Source: Anaerolineales bacterium
GTDB taxonomy: Bacteria; Chloroflexota; Anaerolineae; Anaerolineales; Villigracilaceae
DNA: 64,000 bases
Assembly (NCBI GenBank): GCA_016789225.1
Contig: JAEURI010000002.1
Location: 5,062 to 69,061, forward strand
Direction: 5' to 3'
Shown here: positions 49,101 through 58,837 of the stretch, piece by piece
Layout of the letters: the number at the start of each line of letters is the position of its first letter
Position numbering within the stretch: the first letter of the stretch is position 1
The notes under the pieces: model-generated
Told to the model about the DNA's origin: nothing
Databases searched by the model: none
What the model saw: only the letters and a program-made list of their open reading frames with translations
Program-made: the position numbers and the translations under genes

Positions 49101-50718
49101 GATCACCTTGGATATGCTTAACCGCCGCGACCTGGATGATCTTTTGCAGGTGATCGTCGACCGTTCCGCCATTCTATTGGATGCGCCTTTTAGTGAATTA
49201 ATGCTGGAAGAGGATGGCTTTTTGGTGGTCAAAGCTTTTACTACGAATCAGCCCAGCCTCAAAGGGGATCAGGTTGCGCGAGGCCAGGCAAAACTTTCCT
49301 GGCAGGCTTTCGATACACACGAGCCTGTTGTTCTGGACGATTATGCAACCTGGGAGTTCCGCCGCGAGATCTACGACAGCCAGACCTTGCATGCCACAGC
49401 CGATTTTCCGGTTATGGGAGGTGATCGTTGTCTGGGCGTTCTTGCTTTGGGACGCAACACACCCGGGTAGACATTTACGCCTGAACAGGTGCAGACGGGG
49501 ATTTTGTTTGCCCGTCTCGTGGCATTGGTGTTGGATAATGTCAGCTTGTATGCTTCCGCAGTGCGCGAGATCGCTGAACGCGAACGTGCTCAGGCATTGC
49601 TGCAGGAGAGCGAGGTTCGTTTCAGGCAGATTGTGGAAAATGCCAGCGATATCATTTATCGTACCGACATAAAAGGTAGATTTACATACGCCAACCCGGC
49701 TGCATTGAATATGATGGGTTTCAAAAGCGAAGAGGAAGTGCTGGGCAAGAGTTATCTCGACCTGACCACACCTGAAGCGCGGCACAAGCTGAAACGAACT
49801 TATGACCGGCAGGCCCTGGGCAGGATCAAAAACACATATTATGAATTCCCCGCTGTCACCATGAACGGTGAGATCATCTGGGTCGGGCAGAATGTTCAAC
49901 TTATTATGGAAGGTGACAGGATCATTGGCTTCCAGGCGTTGGCCCGTAACATTACCCAGTTACGACAGGCGCAGGAGGCCCTTTTGCTTGCCCGCGATCA
50001 GGCTTTGGAAGCCAGCCGTTTCAAGAGTCAGCTTGTGTCGCGGGTCAGTCACGAACTGCGAACGCCGCTCGGGGGCATCCTGGGCTTTGCCGAACTTCTT
50101 CAACACGAGACCTTTGGTCCGCTCACCGAACGTCAGAACGACGCCATCACCAATATCGTCGAAAGCGCGAATTATCTGACCGATACCGTCAATGACCTGC
50201 TCGACCAGGCACAGGTCGAATCCAAATCCATCAGCCTGCACAACGCGTACTTCGACCTGTCTGACTTGATTGAAAAAATATCGACCAACATGTCGGTATT
50301 GGCAGACAAAAAGGGATTGGAATTTCATACGGAGATCGACTCAAATCTGCCTGCCGAATTGTACGGTGATGAGAACCGCCTGCAACAGATCATCGTCAAC
50401 CTGGCGGGGAATGCGATCAAATTTACCCGTCAGGGTAGTGTACGGGTTCGCATCGCGGCATCTGCTCCGGCTCGCTGGTCGCTGGAAGTAAGGGACACTG
50501 GGGTTGGAATCCCCGAGGAGGAACGGATAAATATTTTCGAGCCATTCCGTCAATTAAGCAATTCGATTACACGCGAGAACCGCGGCTCAGGGCTGGGGCT
50601 CGCCATCGTCAAACAATTGGTGGAGTTGATGGGTGGAGAAATCTCTCTGCAAAGTGAAGTAGGGCAGGGAAGCACCTTCACCGTCACGCTGCCGTTAATC
50701 CATGCACCCGGAGAATGA
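46102..50718 (+). pseudogene. Large HisKA_7TM-PAS-TM-3xPAS-GAF-PAS histidine kinase interrupted by a single in-frame TAG (49468-49470)
   Basis: ORFs 46102-49470 and 49489-50718 are in the same frame; the GAF domain reads through LALGRNTPG*TFTPEQVQTGILFARLVALVLDN; H-box SHELRTPL and ATP boxes lie after the stop. Confidence 0.75.
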
Positions 50719-50721
50719 CCC

Positions 50722-51084
50722 ATGTCTGAAAAACCCTATGCCATCATCGTAGAAGACGACCCAAAACTAAGCACTGTATTTCAAATGACCCTGCAGCAGG
50801 CTGGATATGATACCGCCCTTGACTTGAACGGCGATAAATACCGCTCGCTTCTAGACTCCGCCGAGCCTGCTCTTGTCATCCTCGACCTTCACCTACCCTA
50901 TGCCTTTGGCGGCGACATCCTTGATGATATCCGCGCCCGCTACCCGAGGACGGTCATTGCCGTTGTCACCGCCGATATTGTCAAGGCAAAGAACCTGACA
51001 GAGAAGGCTGACCATATTCTCATGAAACCTGTCAGTGTGACCACATTGTTACAACTCGCCGAATCTGTGAAGCGCACTCTATGA
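50722..51084 (+). CDS. Single-domain response regulator
   Basis: IVEDD, ILDLHLP, VVTAD, LMKPV. Confidence 0.9.
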   Translation: MSEKPYAIIVEDDPKLSTVFQMTLQQAGYDTALDLNGDKYRSLLDSAEPALVILDLHLPYAFGGDILDDIRARYPRTVIAVVTADIVKAKNLTEKADHILMKPVSVTTLLQLAESVKRTL

Positions 51085-51437
51085 CCAAACCGCTTGCCCT
51101 CATCGTCGAAGATGATCCCCATCTTAATCAGATATTCGCTCTTACCCTCGAAACATCATTCGAGATCGAAACGGTTACCGATGGTTCCCATGCGCTTAAG
51201 CGGATATCGGAAGTGGTTCCCCGCTTGATCGTCCTGGATATAAACCTGCCCGGGGCATCTGGAGCAGAGGTGCTCGATGCCATCCGGGCGGATTCACGTC
51301 TTAATGCCACCCGGGTCATTTTGGCCACTGCCAACCCGCAGGAGGCGGCTATTCTTCGCGATAAAGCGGATATCGTCCTGCTAAAACCCATCAGCCCCAC
51401 CCAGTTGCGGGAGTTGGCTGAACGTATGAAGGTCTGA
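51081..51437 (+). CDS. Single-domain response regulator
   Basis: IVEDD, VLDINLP, LATAN, LLKPI. Confidence 0.9.
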   Translation: MTKPLALIVEDDPHLNQIFALTLETSFEIETVTDGSHALKRISEVVPRLIVLDINLPGASGAEVLDAIRADSRLNATRVILATANPQEAAILRDKADIVLLKPISPTQLRELAERMKV

Positions 51438-51448
51438 TCGAATCGGGT

Positions 51449-52375
51449 CTATAGCTCGATCTGAATCCCGGCATTTTCTGTGATGGCCTTTCGATATACC
51501 AAATTTGCGGCAACCAGGTCCTCCATGGCATGCCCCATGGATTTATAGATCGTCGTTTCAGTTTCAGACCTTCGGCCCGGTTTTTGTTTTAAGAGCATCT
51601 CGCCAAGTTCCGTTCCAAAATCTGAATTCAATCCTTGTACCTCGGCGCTCCCGGCAGGCGGCGGTTCGAAGGCGCGTTTTGATTCGACAAACAGGTGACT
51701 GGCTTCGATCACATCGCGCGGCAATTCGCCGCCAGGCGGGCGGTATCCCACCGACGTAATGTGAACTCCTTCTTTGAGCCATTCTTTCTTGATGACTGGC
51801 TCAGGCGATGAAGTACACAGACAAACAATATCAGCGTCCGAAACGGCTTGAGGGATAGAGTCCGCTGCGAGGGCGTTGGAGGCGTGGGAGGCTAAGGTCG
51901 AGGCGGCGGAACGGTCTCTCGAAGCGATCCAAACCCTTTCGATGCCGACCAGAGTCCCGATCATCTTCAAATGAGATTCGCTTTGTACGCCCGCGCCGAC
52001 AATGGCTGCGGTCTTTGCGTTCTGACGGGCAAGATGTTTGATCGAGAGTAATGAGGCGGCGGCGGTGCGCATGGCGGTGATGTGTTCGCCATCCATCAGG
52101 GCGATGGGCGCGCCGGTCTCCGAGTCGAAGAGGGTGATGACGGCCTGATGCGACGGCATGCTCTCGTGAAAGATGCTGACGAGTTTGACCGAGAACGGCT
52201 TGCCGGGCATGAAGGCATACATGCCGAGTAAAGCGCCCTTCGGCGCGCTGACCTGGTTACGCGAGGGGACTTCGAGTTGACCGGCACTCAGGGCTTTAAA
52301 GCCTTCTTCAAGTGCGGGGATGAGCTCGTGGGGATCGAGTAATTCTTGAACGTCTTTACGAGCGAGGATGAGCAT
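51449..52375 (-). CDS. Ornithine cyclodeaminase/mu-crystallin family (probable delta1-pyrroline-2-carboxylate reductase)
   Basis: VKLVS, ITAMRTAAAS, GAGVQ, HITSVG, YKSMGHAMEDL. Confidence 0.85.
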   Translation of the reverse strand: MLILARKDVQELLDPHELIPALEEGFKALSAGQLEVPSRNQVSAPKGALLGMYAFMPGKPFSVKLVSIFHESMPSHQAVITLFDSETGAPIALMDGEHITAMRTAAASLLSIKHLARQNAKTAAIVGAGVQSESHLKMIGTLVGIERVWIASRDRSAASTLASHASNALAADSIPQAVSDADIVCLCTSSPEPVIKKEWLKEGVHITSVGYRPPGGELPRDVIEASHLFVESKRAFEPPPAGSAEVQGLNSDFGTELGEMLLKQKPGRRSETETTIYKSMGHAMEDLVAANLVYRKAITENAGIQIEL

Positions 52376-52400
52376 TATGATTCTCCGCCTGCGAATTGAT

Positions 52401-53018
52401 TTACTTTGCGTTCCAAAGCAGAATGCCTTGCCAAATACTTATGATCATTCCCAGCAACATGGCCAGGCCTTCATTTCCTGGAAAAAGATAGACGAAAAGT
52501 GAAACCACGCCTCCTGCAAAATACAAGAGATTGAGAGGGCGTGGCAGTTGACGAGACGTCCAACCTGCAGAGCCAATCAGTATTTGTACCCATCCCAGAA
52601 AGTGCCAGCCCACAGAAGTTACACCTGTTACAAGTGTGGCCCACACAACGAGAACGGTTATCGAGTTTTCCAGGTTGAGTTCAGGGTGCATGATATGGTA
52701 CTGACGATTGGAAGAGCGGATAAGGGCAACCGCCACCATTGCTCCGGCGGCGAGGAAGGCAGCTAACAAAGCCAATGACATGCGCCGCGGCGCATACTCG
52801 CTGAGTTGTTCTCGAAGCACAAAAATCACCGTGATGAGGCATGCAGACCAAACGGGTCCGTATAGGAAATCAGCCAGGTTATAGGCGATCGGACCGATGG
52901 CGGTTTGCAAATTGCCAACAAGGTAGATCGATCCTGGAACGAAAAATGAGACTGCCAATAAAAAGGATGCCAGTCCGCCCCATTTTTTTATTTTTAAATC
53001 TATCTTCGATTGTTCCAT
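52401..53018 (-). CDS. Hypothetical membrane protein (about 6 TM)
   Basis: GGAGG RBS before MEQSK; multiple hydrophobic helices. Confidence 0.7.
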   Translation of the reverse strand: MEQSKIDLKIKKWGGLASFLLAVSFFVPGSIYLVGNLQTAIGPIAYNLADFLYGPVWSACLITVIFVLREQLSEYAPRRMSLALLAAFLAAGAMVAVALIRSSNRQYHIMHPELNLENSITVLVVWATLVTGVTSVGWHFLGWVQILIGSAGWTSRQLPRPLNLLYFAGGVVSLFVYLFPGNEGLAMLLGMIISIWQGILLWNAK

Positions 53019-53065
53019 CGTTCCTCCTGCTAGTGATAGACGATTTTCCATGGTCAATCGTCCGT

Positions 53066-54118
53066 TTACCAAATATCTCCAACTGTGAAACCATTCGGAA
53101 ATGGGTCGCTGGGTTCAACTACGAATTGATTGATGCATGTGATCCATGCCGTGCCGCCAATGGTGGGGACAACGGCTTTGTACGGACCGACCTGCGTCTC
53201 TTCGACGAGCCGACCGGTGAACAACGTGCCGAGAATCCCTTCGTGGATGAAGTCCTGATTCACTCCAAGTTGACCGCGGGCATACAAGGTAGACATTTTG
53301 GCGCATGTGCCTGTGCCGCAGGGCGAGCGGTCGATGACGCCTGTCCATGTGGAGGGTTTGTTCCAGTCAATTTTGCCCGTTGAAACGGTGACGACATTTT
53401 TGCGATGTGCTTGCGGGTTCACTGGCGGCGCGGAGAGCTGACCGATAGTGGGACCGGTAATTTCAGGATTGTCGGGATGCGCGACCGGATATTGTTCTGC
53501 TGTTGCGGTTTTGACCATCTCAGTGATGCGCGTGATGTCCTTGCCTTCGTCAGGTGTGAGGCGCAGGCCGAATTGTGAGGCATCGGCAATGGCATAGAAC
53601 ATGCCGCCCCAAGCCACATCCACGTGGGCCGTGCCAAGGGTTGGGACTTCAACCTTCACATCAAGATGTACAGCAAACGCAGGGACATTTTTGAACGTGA
53701 CTTGGGTGACCTTGCCGTCCTTGCATTCCGCGCGGATTCCCACCAGCCCGGCGGGCGCCTCAAGAATGAATTCGGTGATGGGTTCGGTCATGGGAATCAT
53801 GCCGGTTTCAAGTAGTGTTGTCGCCACGCAAATAGTATTCGTGCCAGACATGGGCGGATACTCAGTCTGCTCCATGATGATGAAACCTGCAGCAGCTTCC
53901 CGTTGAGTGGGCGGCATGATAATGTTGGCGCACAGAGCCGGGTAGCCGCGCGGCTCACGTAACATGCGCAGACGCAGGTCGTCGAGATTCTTCTCGATGT
54001 ATTTCATTTTCTCGAACATGGTTTTGCCGGGCACATCAAGTACGCCGCCGGTGATGACTCGTCCCGGTTCACCGCAGGCATGCAGGTCAACAGCGGTGAT
54101 CATGTTGGTGAGGCGCAT
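53066..54118 (-). CDS. Proline racemase family protein with Ser/Cys catalytic pair
   Basis: DLHACGEPGRV, REPRG, PMSGTN (Ser in place of first Cys), DRSPCGTGT. Confidence 0.9.
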   Translation of the reverse strand: MRLTNMITAVDLHACGEPGRVITGGVLDVPGKTMFEKMKYIEKNLDDLRLRMLREPRGYPALCANIIMPPTQREAAAGFIIMEQTEYPPMSGTNTICVATTLLETGMIPMTEPITEFILEAPAGLVGIRAECKDGKVTQVTFKNVPAFAVHLDVKVEVPTLGTAHVDVAWGGMFYAIADASQFGLRLTPDEGKDITRITEMVKTATAEQYPVAHPDNPEITGPTIGQLSAPPVNPQAHRKNVVTVSTGKIDWNKPSTWTGVIDRSPCGTGTCAKMSTLYARGQLGVNQDFIHEGILGTLFTGRLVEETQVGPYKAVVPTIGGTAWITCINQFVVEPSDPFPNGFTVGDIW

Positions 54119-54204
54119 GGGAGGTCTCCGTAGAAAGTGATAGATGATGAAAGAAGGTGATACCAAGTTTACCTTATTTGATTTCTGACTGATAAAATAT
54201 TTGC

Positions 54205-54630
54205 ATGGAATATAAACGAGACCCCTTTTTTATTTCAGACGATCCTGCACGCCTGGACATGGATGCCATTTGCGATTTTCTCTCCCGCGCCTACTGGGCG
54301 GAGACGCGTCCGCGCGATGTGATCGAAAAGTCCATTCAATACTCGTTGAATTTTGGCGTGTACGACGGCAAGAGGCAAATCGGCTTTGCCCGCGTCGTAA
54401 CCGACCGCGCCATCTTTGCCTATCTGTGTGATGTTTTCATTCATGAAGAGTATCGCGGGCATTCCCTCGGCAAATGGATGATGGAATGTGTAATGGCTCA
54501 CCCCGATCTGCAAGGCCTGAAACGCTGGTGCCTGCTCACCCGAGATGCGCACGGACTGTATCACCAATTTGGCTTTACTGAACTTGCAGATCCATCTCGT
54601 TGGATGGAAAGGTTCGACGCCTCAAAATAA
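54205..54630 (+). CDS. GNAT family acetyltransferase
   Basis: QIGFARVVTD..FAYLCDVFI..EYRG.SLGK, TRDAHGLY.QFGF. Confidence 0.9.
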   Translation: MEYKRDPFFISDDPARLDMDAICDFLSRAYWAETRPRDVIEKSIQYSLNFGVYDGKRQIGFARVVTDRAIFAYLCDVFIHEEYRGHSLGKWMMECVMAHPDLQGLKRWCLLTRDAHGLYHQFGFTELADPSRWMERFDASK

Positions 54631-54652
54631 ACCGATCACTGGATACTGACTT

Positions 54653-55537
54653 ATGACTTTTCTAACCACTCTTTCCCAACCCCACAGACTCATCCTTGAT
54701 GGCGCCACCGGCACTGAACTCAATCGTCGCGGCGTGGATACGGGTTTGCCGCTTTGGTCAGCGAATGCTTTGATGAACGCAGGCGATACGAACATTCTCC
54801 AGCAGATCCATGAGGATTATCTTCGCGCCGGGGCAGACATCATCACCACCAATACTTTTCGGACGCATCATCGCGCCCTGGCCCCAAGCGGAAACGCCCA
54901 ACGCGCGCTTGAGCTGACCCGCCGGGCGGTGGACACGGCTCGGGCCGCACTGACAACTGTCCCTGCAGATCGGAGGCGTTTTGTCGCCGGTTCCATTTCC
55001 ACGCTGGAGGATTGTTATCGCCCCGACCTGGTGCCACCCGACGACTCACTTCGCGCCGAACATTCCGAGCGGATTCATCATCTCGTCGAATGCGGCGTGG
55101 ATTTGATTCTGATTGAGACCATCAACACGATCCGCGAGGCCGTCATCATGGCGAAGCTGGCCGTCATCACCGGCACGCCTGTGGTTGTGAGTTTCGTCTG
55201 CGGCGCGGATGGGAAGCTGCTCTCTGGCGAAACGCTGACTGAGGCCGCGCATGAAGTGTTGCCTTTGGGGGTTTCCGCCATCGGCGTTAATTGTGGGCCG
55301 ACGCCCACACTGCGCAACCCGCTCGAAGAATTACGCGCCGCCTGTGGAGCGGATTTCCCGCTCATTGCCTATGGCAACATTGGCTACGCCGATGAGAAAG
55401 TGGGATGGGTCAATACCGATGCTGAAAACCCGGCGGCTTATTGTGCTCATGCGGCGCATTGGGATGCAAAGATCGTCGGCGGCTGCTGCGGCACGACCCC
55501 GGATCATATCGCTGCACTGCATAGCCAATTGAGTTAA
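54653..55537 (+). CDS. Homocysteine S-methyltransferase family protein (stand-alone)
   Basis: ILDGATGTEL, YLRAGADIITTNTF, GVNC, VGGCCGTTPDHI. Confidence 0.88.
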   Translation: MTFLTTLSQPHRLILDGATGTELNRRGVDTGLPLWSANALMNAGDTNILQQIHEDYLRAGADIITTNTFRTHHRALAPSGNAQRALELTRRAVDTARAALTTVPADRRRFVAGSISTLEDCYRPDLVPPDDSLRAEHSERIHHLVECGVDLILIETINTIREAVIMAKLAVITGTPVVVSFVCGADGKLLSGETLTEAAHEVLPLGVSAIGVNCGPTPTLRNPLEELRAACGADFPLIAYGNIGYADEKVGWVNTDAENPAAYCAHAAHWDAKIVGGCCGTTPDHIAALHSQLS

Positions 55538-55550
55538 GTCAATTTACGTA

Positions 55551-55645
55551 GTGTCGTTCTGAGCGGAGCGAAGAACCTCTACGATTGTCCCAGAGACCCT
55601 TCGCTATCGCTCACATCGTCCCGATGTCCTTCGGGAGGGTGACAC
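55551..55645. repeat. GTCAT-CTGAGC palindromic repeat, copy 2, with an extra hairpin inserted in the right arm
   Basis: GTGTCGTTCTGAGCGGAGCGAAGAACCTCTACGA...CCCTTCGCTATCGCTCA[CATCGTCCCGATGTCCTTCGGGA]GGGTGACAC. Confidence 0.75.
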
Positions 55646-55673
55646 GATTAGGTGCGTGACAGCTGAGTTAAGT

Positions 55674-56744
55674 TTATTTAAGATAAATATCGAAGAACTC
55701 GATGGTGGTTCTCATGGCGGGATAGAAATTGGTTGCAATGTTGTGATTATCGCCTTCATACGTATAGAGGTCGGCGATCTTCCCGGCTTGCCGCGCCAGT
55801 TCGGCGAGCCGGATGGAAAAGGCAACAGGCACATCCTCGTCATTGGTCCCGTGATGCAGTTGTAAAGGTCCGGAAAGATCGCTGAGATAGGATGTAGCGG
55901 AGACCGAATCCCAAAAGACAGGATTCTCCTCTGGTGTGCCGTATTGCTCGATCCAACTTCCGCGCCAGCCTCTGCCGGTTGAACTTGGTGACGGCGTGAA
56001 TGCGCCCGTTCGCCGCCAGTTATATAACAGGTCTGGGTAGGAGGCGACCACGCCCGCCCAGATCACACCGGCTTTGATGTCATTGGAGACGACCATGGCG
56101 CGCAAAGTCAGATAGCCGCCCATGGAATGTCCCCACATGCCGATTTTTTCGGGGTTAACTTCCGGCAGGGTTTTGATCGATGAAACGGCATTCAATACAT
56201 CGGCCTGATAACCGGGGCTGCCATAAGCACCCGAGGCATCGCCTTCGGATTGGTCATGCCCGCGATAATCGATGCGGAAGACGACATAACCGGCCTTGGC
56301 GATCTCATCCACATAATGGACATATCGTTCCGTGGTGCGATATACGTCTGGGGGAATATAGCCGTGGTTGAATACAATGGCGGGAAACCCACCCTCAGGC
56401 GGCTCACCATTCGGAATGGTAAGGAGGGCATAGATTTTCAACCCCTCGGATAGATAATAGGCATAATAGCGCCGGTAATTGATGCCTTTGTCCAATTCTC
56501 TTTCGATCGTGATCTCACTGCCGGGATATTCAGTATTTCGTAGAGCAACGATGCTCATCGGGTGCGGGACAGGTGTAGCTGTGGGAGTGATGGTAGAGGT
56601 TGAGGTTGGTTCGGGGGTGGAACTGGCTGTAGGCGTGAAGGCCTTTGGCGGAACGGTTTGGGTGGGGATGGCTACTGGAGCGGCTGGGGAGCATCCTGAA
56701 ACGAACACCAATAAAGCCATCAGGATGAGCAGATACTTTTTCAT
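55674..56744 (-). CDS. Lipoprotein alpha/beta hydrolase (S9 peptidase-like) with Pro/Thr linker
   Basis: Lipobox VSGC; PT-rich linker; HGY, DYRGH, GHSMGG, HG..D..V, GDNH. Confidence 0.85.
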   Translation of the reverse strand: MKKYLLILMALLVFVSGCSPAAPVAIPTQTVPPKAFTPTASSTPEPTSTSTITPTATPVPHPMSIVALRNTEYPGSEITIERELDKGINYRRYYAYYLSEGLKIYALLTIPNGEPPEGGFPAIVFNHGYIPPDVYRTTERYVHYVDEIAKAGYVVFRIDYRGHDQSEGDASGAYGSPGYQADVLNAVSSIKTLPEVNPEKIGMWGHSMGGYLTLRAMVVSNDIKAGVIWAGVVASYPDLLYNWRRTGAFTPSPSSTGRGWRGSWIEQYGTPEENPVFWDSVSATSYLSDLSGPLQLHHGTNDEDVPVAFSIRLAELARQAGKIADLYTYEGDNHNIATNFYPAMRTTIEFFDIYLK

Positions 56745-56844
56745 AGGTACTCCTTTAGTGTTAAGAGCACCAGTCAAGCTGAACCCTTACTCCCCGCCCT
56801 GGTGACCGTTTTGGCCGCTCCGGGACTTTTATTTTGGGGGAACG

Positions 56845-56874
56845 TTGAAAGATTTACAGTTGAAGGGATATAAT
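56845..56874 (+). promoter_or_regulatory. Putative sigma70-type promoter for the peptide ABC operon
   Basis: TTGAAA-N18-TATAAT. Confidence 0.4.
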
Positions 56875-57048
56875 AAAAACGTCAGGGCGGTTAATAGGGA
56901 AGGCTGGATGGTTCGTATATTTGAATATGGCTGCTTGTGAGCTTTAAAAAACGGTTGACAAGGAGGTTCCTTGAGATAAAAAAGAATCGTACGATATGTT
57001 GAAGAGAAGACACGATCCATCTTATTTCAATCTCTTGAGGAGAGAATC

Positions 57049-58755
57049 ATGAAACGTAACATAAGCCTGATTTTGTCGCTGCTGGTGATGGCAACCATGT
57101 TATTGGCGGCCTGCGGTGGTGGAAGCCCAACAGAAGCGGAGGCACCCGCAGCCGAGGGGACAGAATCAACCTCATCTGGCAGCACGGATGCGCCCGCAGC
57201 AGAGAAGAAAGTCGCCACCTTCATCTGGGTGCAGGAATTCACCACTCTTAATCCGTTGTATTCAACGGGCTGGTTCACCAGCATTACCCGTCAATTTTGG
57301 AATTGCTGGGCCTGGCAATATGATGAGAATAACGAAGCCTACCCCTACCTCGTGACCGAGATCCCCAGTTTTGAAAATGGCGGGATTAGCGAGGATGGCC
57401 TGGCCATCACCCTGCACTTGCGCGATGACATCAAATGGTCCGATGGTGAGCCGATCACGTCCGAAGATTTCAGGTTTACCTGGGCCATGACGATCGACCC
57501 CAGCAATGTAGTCAGCTCGACCTATCCTTACGATAATGTGATCGATATCGAAACGCCGGACCCACAGACCGTAGTGATGAAATTCGAAAGTCCATTTGCG
57601 CCCTGGCAATCCTTGTGGCAGGGGCTCATCCCGGCTCACATCCTTCAACCGGTGTACGATGCGGATGGGACACTCGATAGCGCCGAATGGAATAACAATC
57701 CCACTGTGGGATGCGGCCCGTATAATTTTGCCGAATGGGAATCTGGCAGTTATGCGCGCTTCGTCCGCAATGATAACTTCTACAACGAACCTGCCAAGAT
57801 CGACGAGATCTTCATCCGCTTTGTGCCGGATGATGCTTCACAGACCGCCGCCATTGTGGCTGGCGATGCCCTGCTCGGCGCATTCATTCCGTACAGCGAA
57901 GTTCCGAAGTTGAAGGAAGCGGGCATCAACATCATGACCCAGCCTTCCGGCTTCAATGAAGGCTTGTTCTTCCAGGTCAGTGAGGAGCACTCACACCCGG
58001 CCATGCTGGACGTGAACGTCCGCAAGGCGATTGTGATGGCGATTGATTTTGCCTCTTTCAATGAGGATGTCAACCTGGGCCTGGTCAAGACCCCCGGCAG
58101 TTTCTGGGATTCGCTTCCCTTCTACAACGACCCGGCAGTGGAACCCTATCCATACGACCCCGACGGTGCGAAGGCTCTGCTCGATGCCGCAGGCTGGGTG
58201 GACTCCAACGGTGACGGCACCCGTGATAAGGACGGCGTTGAATTCGTCATCCAGCATGGGACGACCACCCGTGATGTCCGTCAGGAATTTCAGGCGGTAG
58301 CCCAACAACAGCTTGCCGAAGTGGGCATCAAACTCGAGATCCTGAACTTTGACTCGGATATCTTCTGGGGCACCTTTGCCGATAACGGCCCGACCTACAC
58401 CGGCGAACTGGACCTACAGGAATGGTCCGATTCTCCTTACGGCTTCCCCGACCCCGACCTGTACTATTGGTTGTGCAGCGAAATCCCCAATGCCGATTAC
58501 CCCAGCGGCTCGAACAGCTTCTTCCTTTGCGATGAGGAACTGGATGCACTGATTCAGTTGCAGTCCACGCAGATGGACCCGGCGGAGCGCCAGAAGACCA
58601 TCTCCCAGATCAATCAGATCTTCCACGATAAGGTCTACTGGGCGGGCATCTGGCAGGACCCGGACGTGTGGGCCGTCAGCCCGCGCCTGACCGGTGTGAA
58701 GTTCTCCGGTGTTACGCCGTTCTTCAACATCACCGAATGGGATATCACCGAATAA
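57049..58755 (+). CDS. oppA: Peptide ABC transporter substrate-binding lipoprotein (family 5)
   Basis: Lipobox LAAC; LRDDIKWSDGEPITSED..FT; GCGPY.F.EW; VRKAI..AID. Confidence 0.88.
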   Translation: MKRNISLILSLLVMATMLLAACGGGSPTEAEAPAAEGTESTSSGSTDAPAAEKKVATFIWVQEFTTLNPLYSTGWFTSITRQFWNCWAWQYDENNEAYPYLVTEIPSFENGGISEDGLAITLHLRDDIKWSDGEPITSEDFRFTWAMTIDPSNVVSSTYPYDNVIDIETPDPQTVVMKFESPFAPWQSLWQGLIPAHILQPVYDADGTLDSAEWNNNPTVGCGPYNFAEWESGSYARFVRNDNFYNEPAKIDEIFIRFVPDDASQTAAIVAGDALLGAFIPYSEVPKLKEAGINIMTQPSGFNEGLFFQVSEEHSHPAMLDVNVRKAIVMAIDFASFNEDVNLGLVKTPGSFWDSLPFYNDPAVEPYPYDPDGAKALLDAAGWVDSNGDGTRDKDGVEFVIQHGTTTRDVRQEFQAVAQQQLAEVGIKLEILNFDSDIFWGTFADNGPTYTGELDLQEWSDSPYGFPDPDLYYWLCSEIPNADYPSGSNSFFLCDEELDALIQLQSTQMDPAERQKTISQINQIFHDKVYWAGIWQDPDVWAVSPRLTGVKFSGVTPFFNITEWDITE

Positions 58756-58770
58756 GTGTTTTTGTATGAC

Positions 58771-58807
58771 GTTGTGGCAGGCGGCAAACAAGCCCGCCTG
58801 CCACAAC
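58771..58807 (+). other. Intercistronic stem-loop after the SBP gene (likely mRNA-stabilising or partial terminator)
   Basis: GTTGTGGCAGGCGG-loop-CCGCCTGCCACAAC 14-bp perfect stem without U-tail. Confidence 0.65.
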
Positions 58808-58837
58808 TGCTATCTACGGATTCACCGGGAGCCTTCC

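Noticed and set aside
49468-49470. Genome-wide TAG reassignment or pyrrolysine
   Set aside because: Several complete genes in the window end normally in TAG and no pyl genes are present; kept only as a nonsense or error finding.
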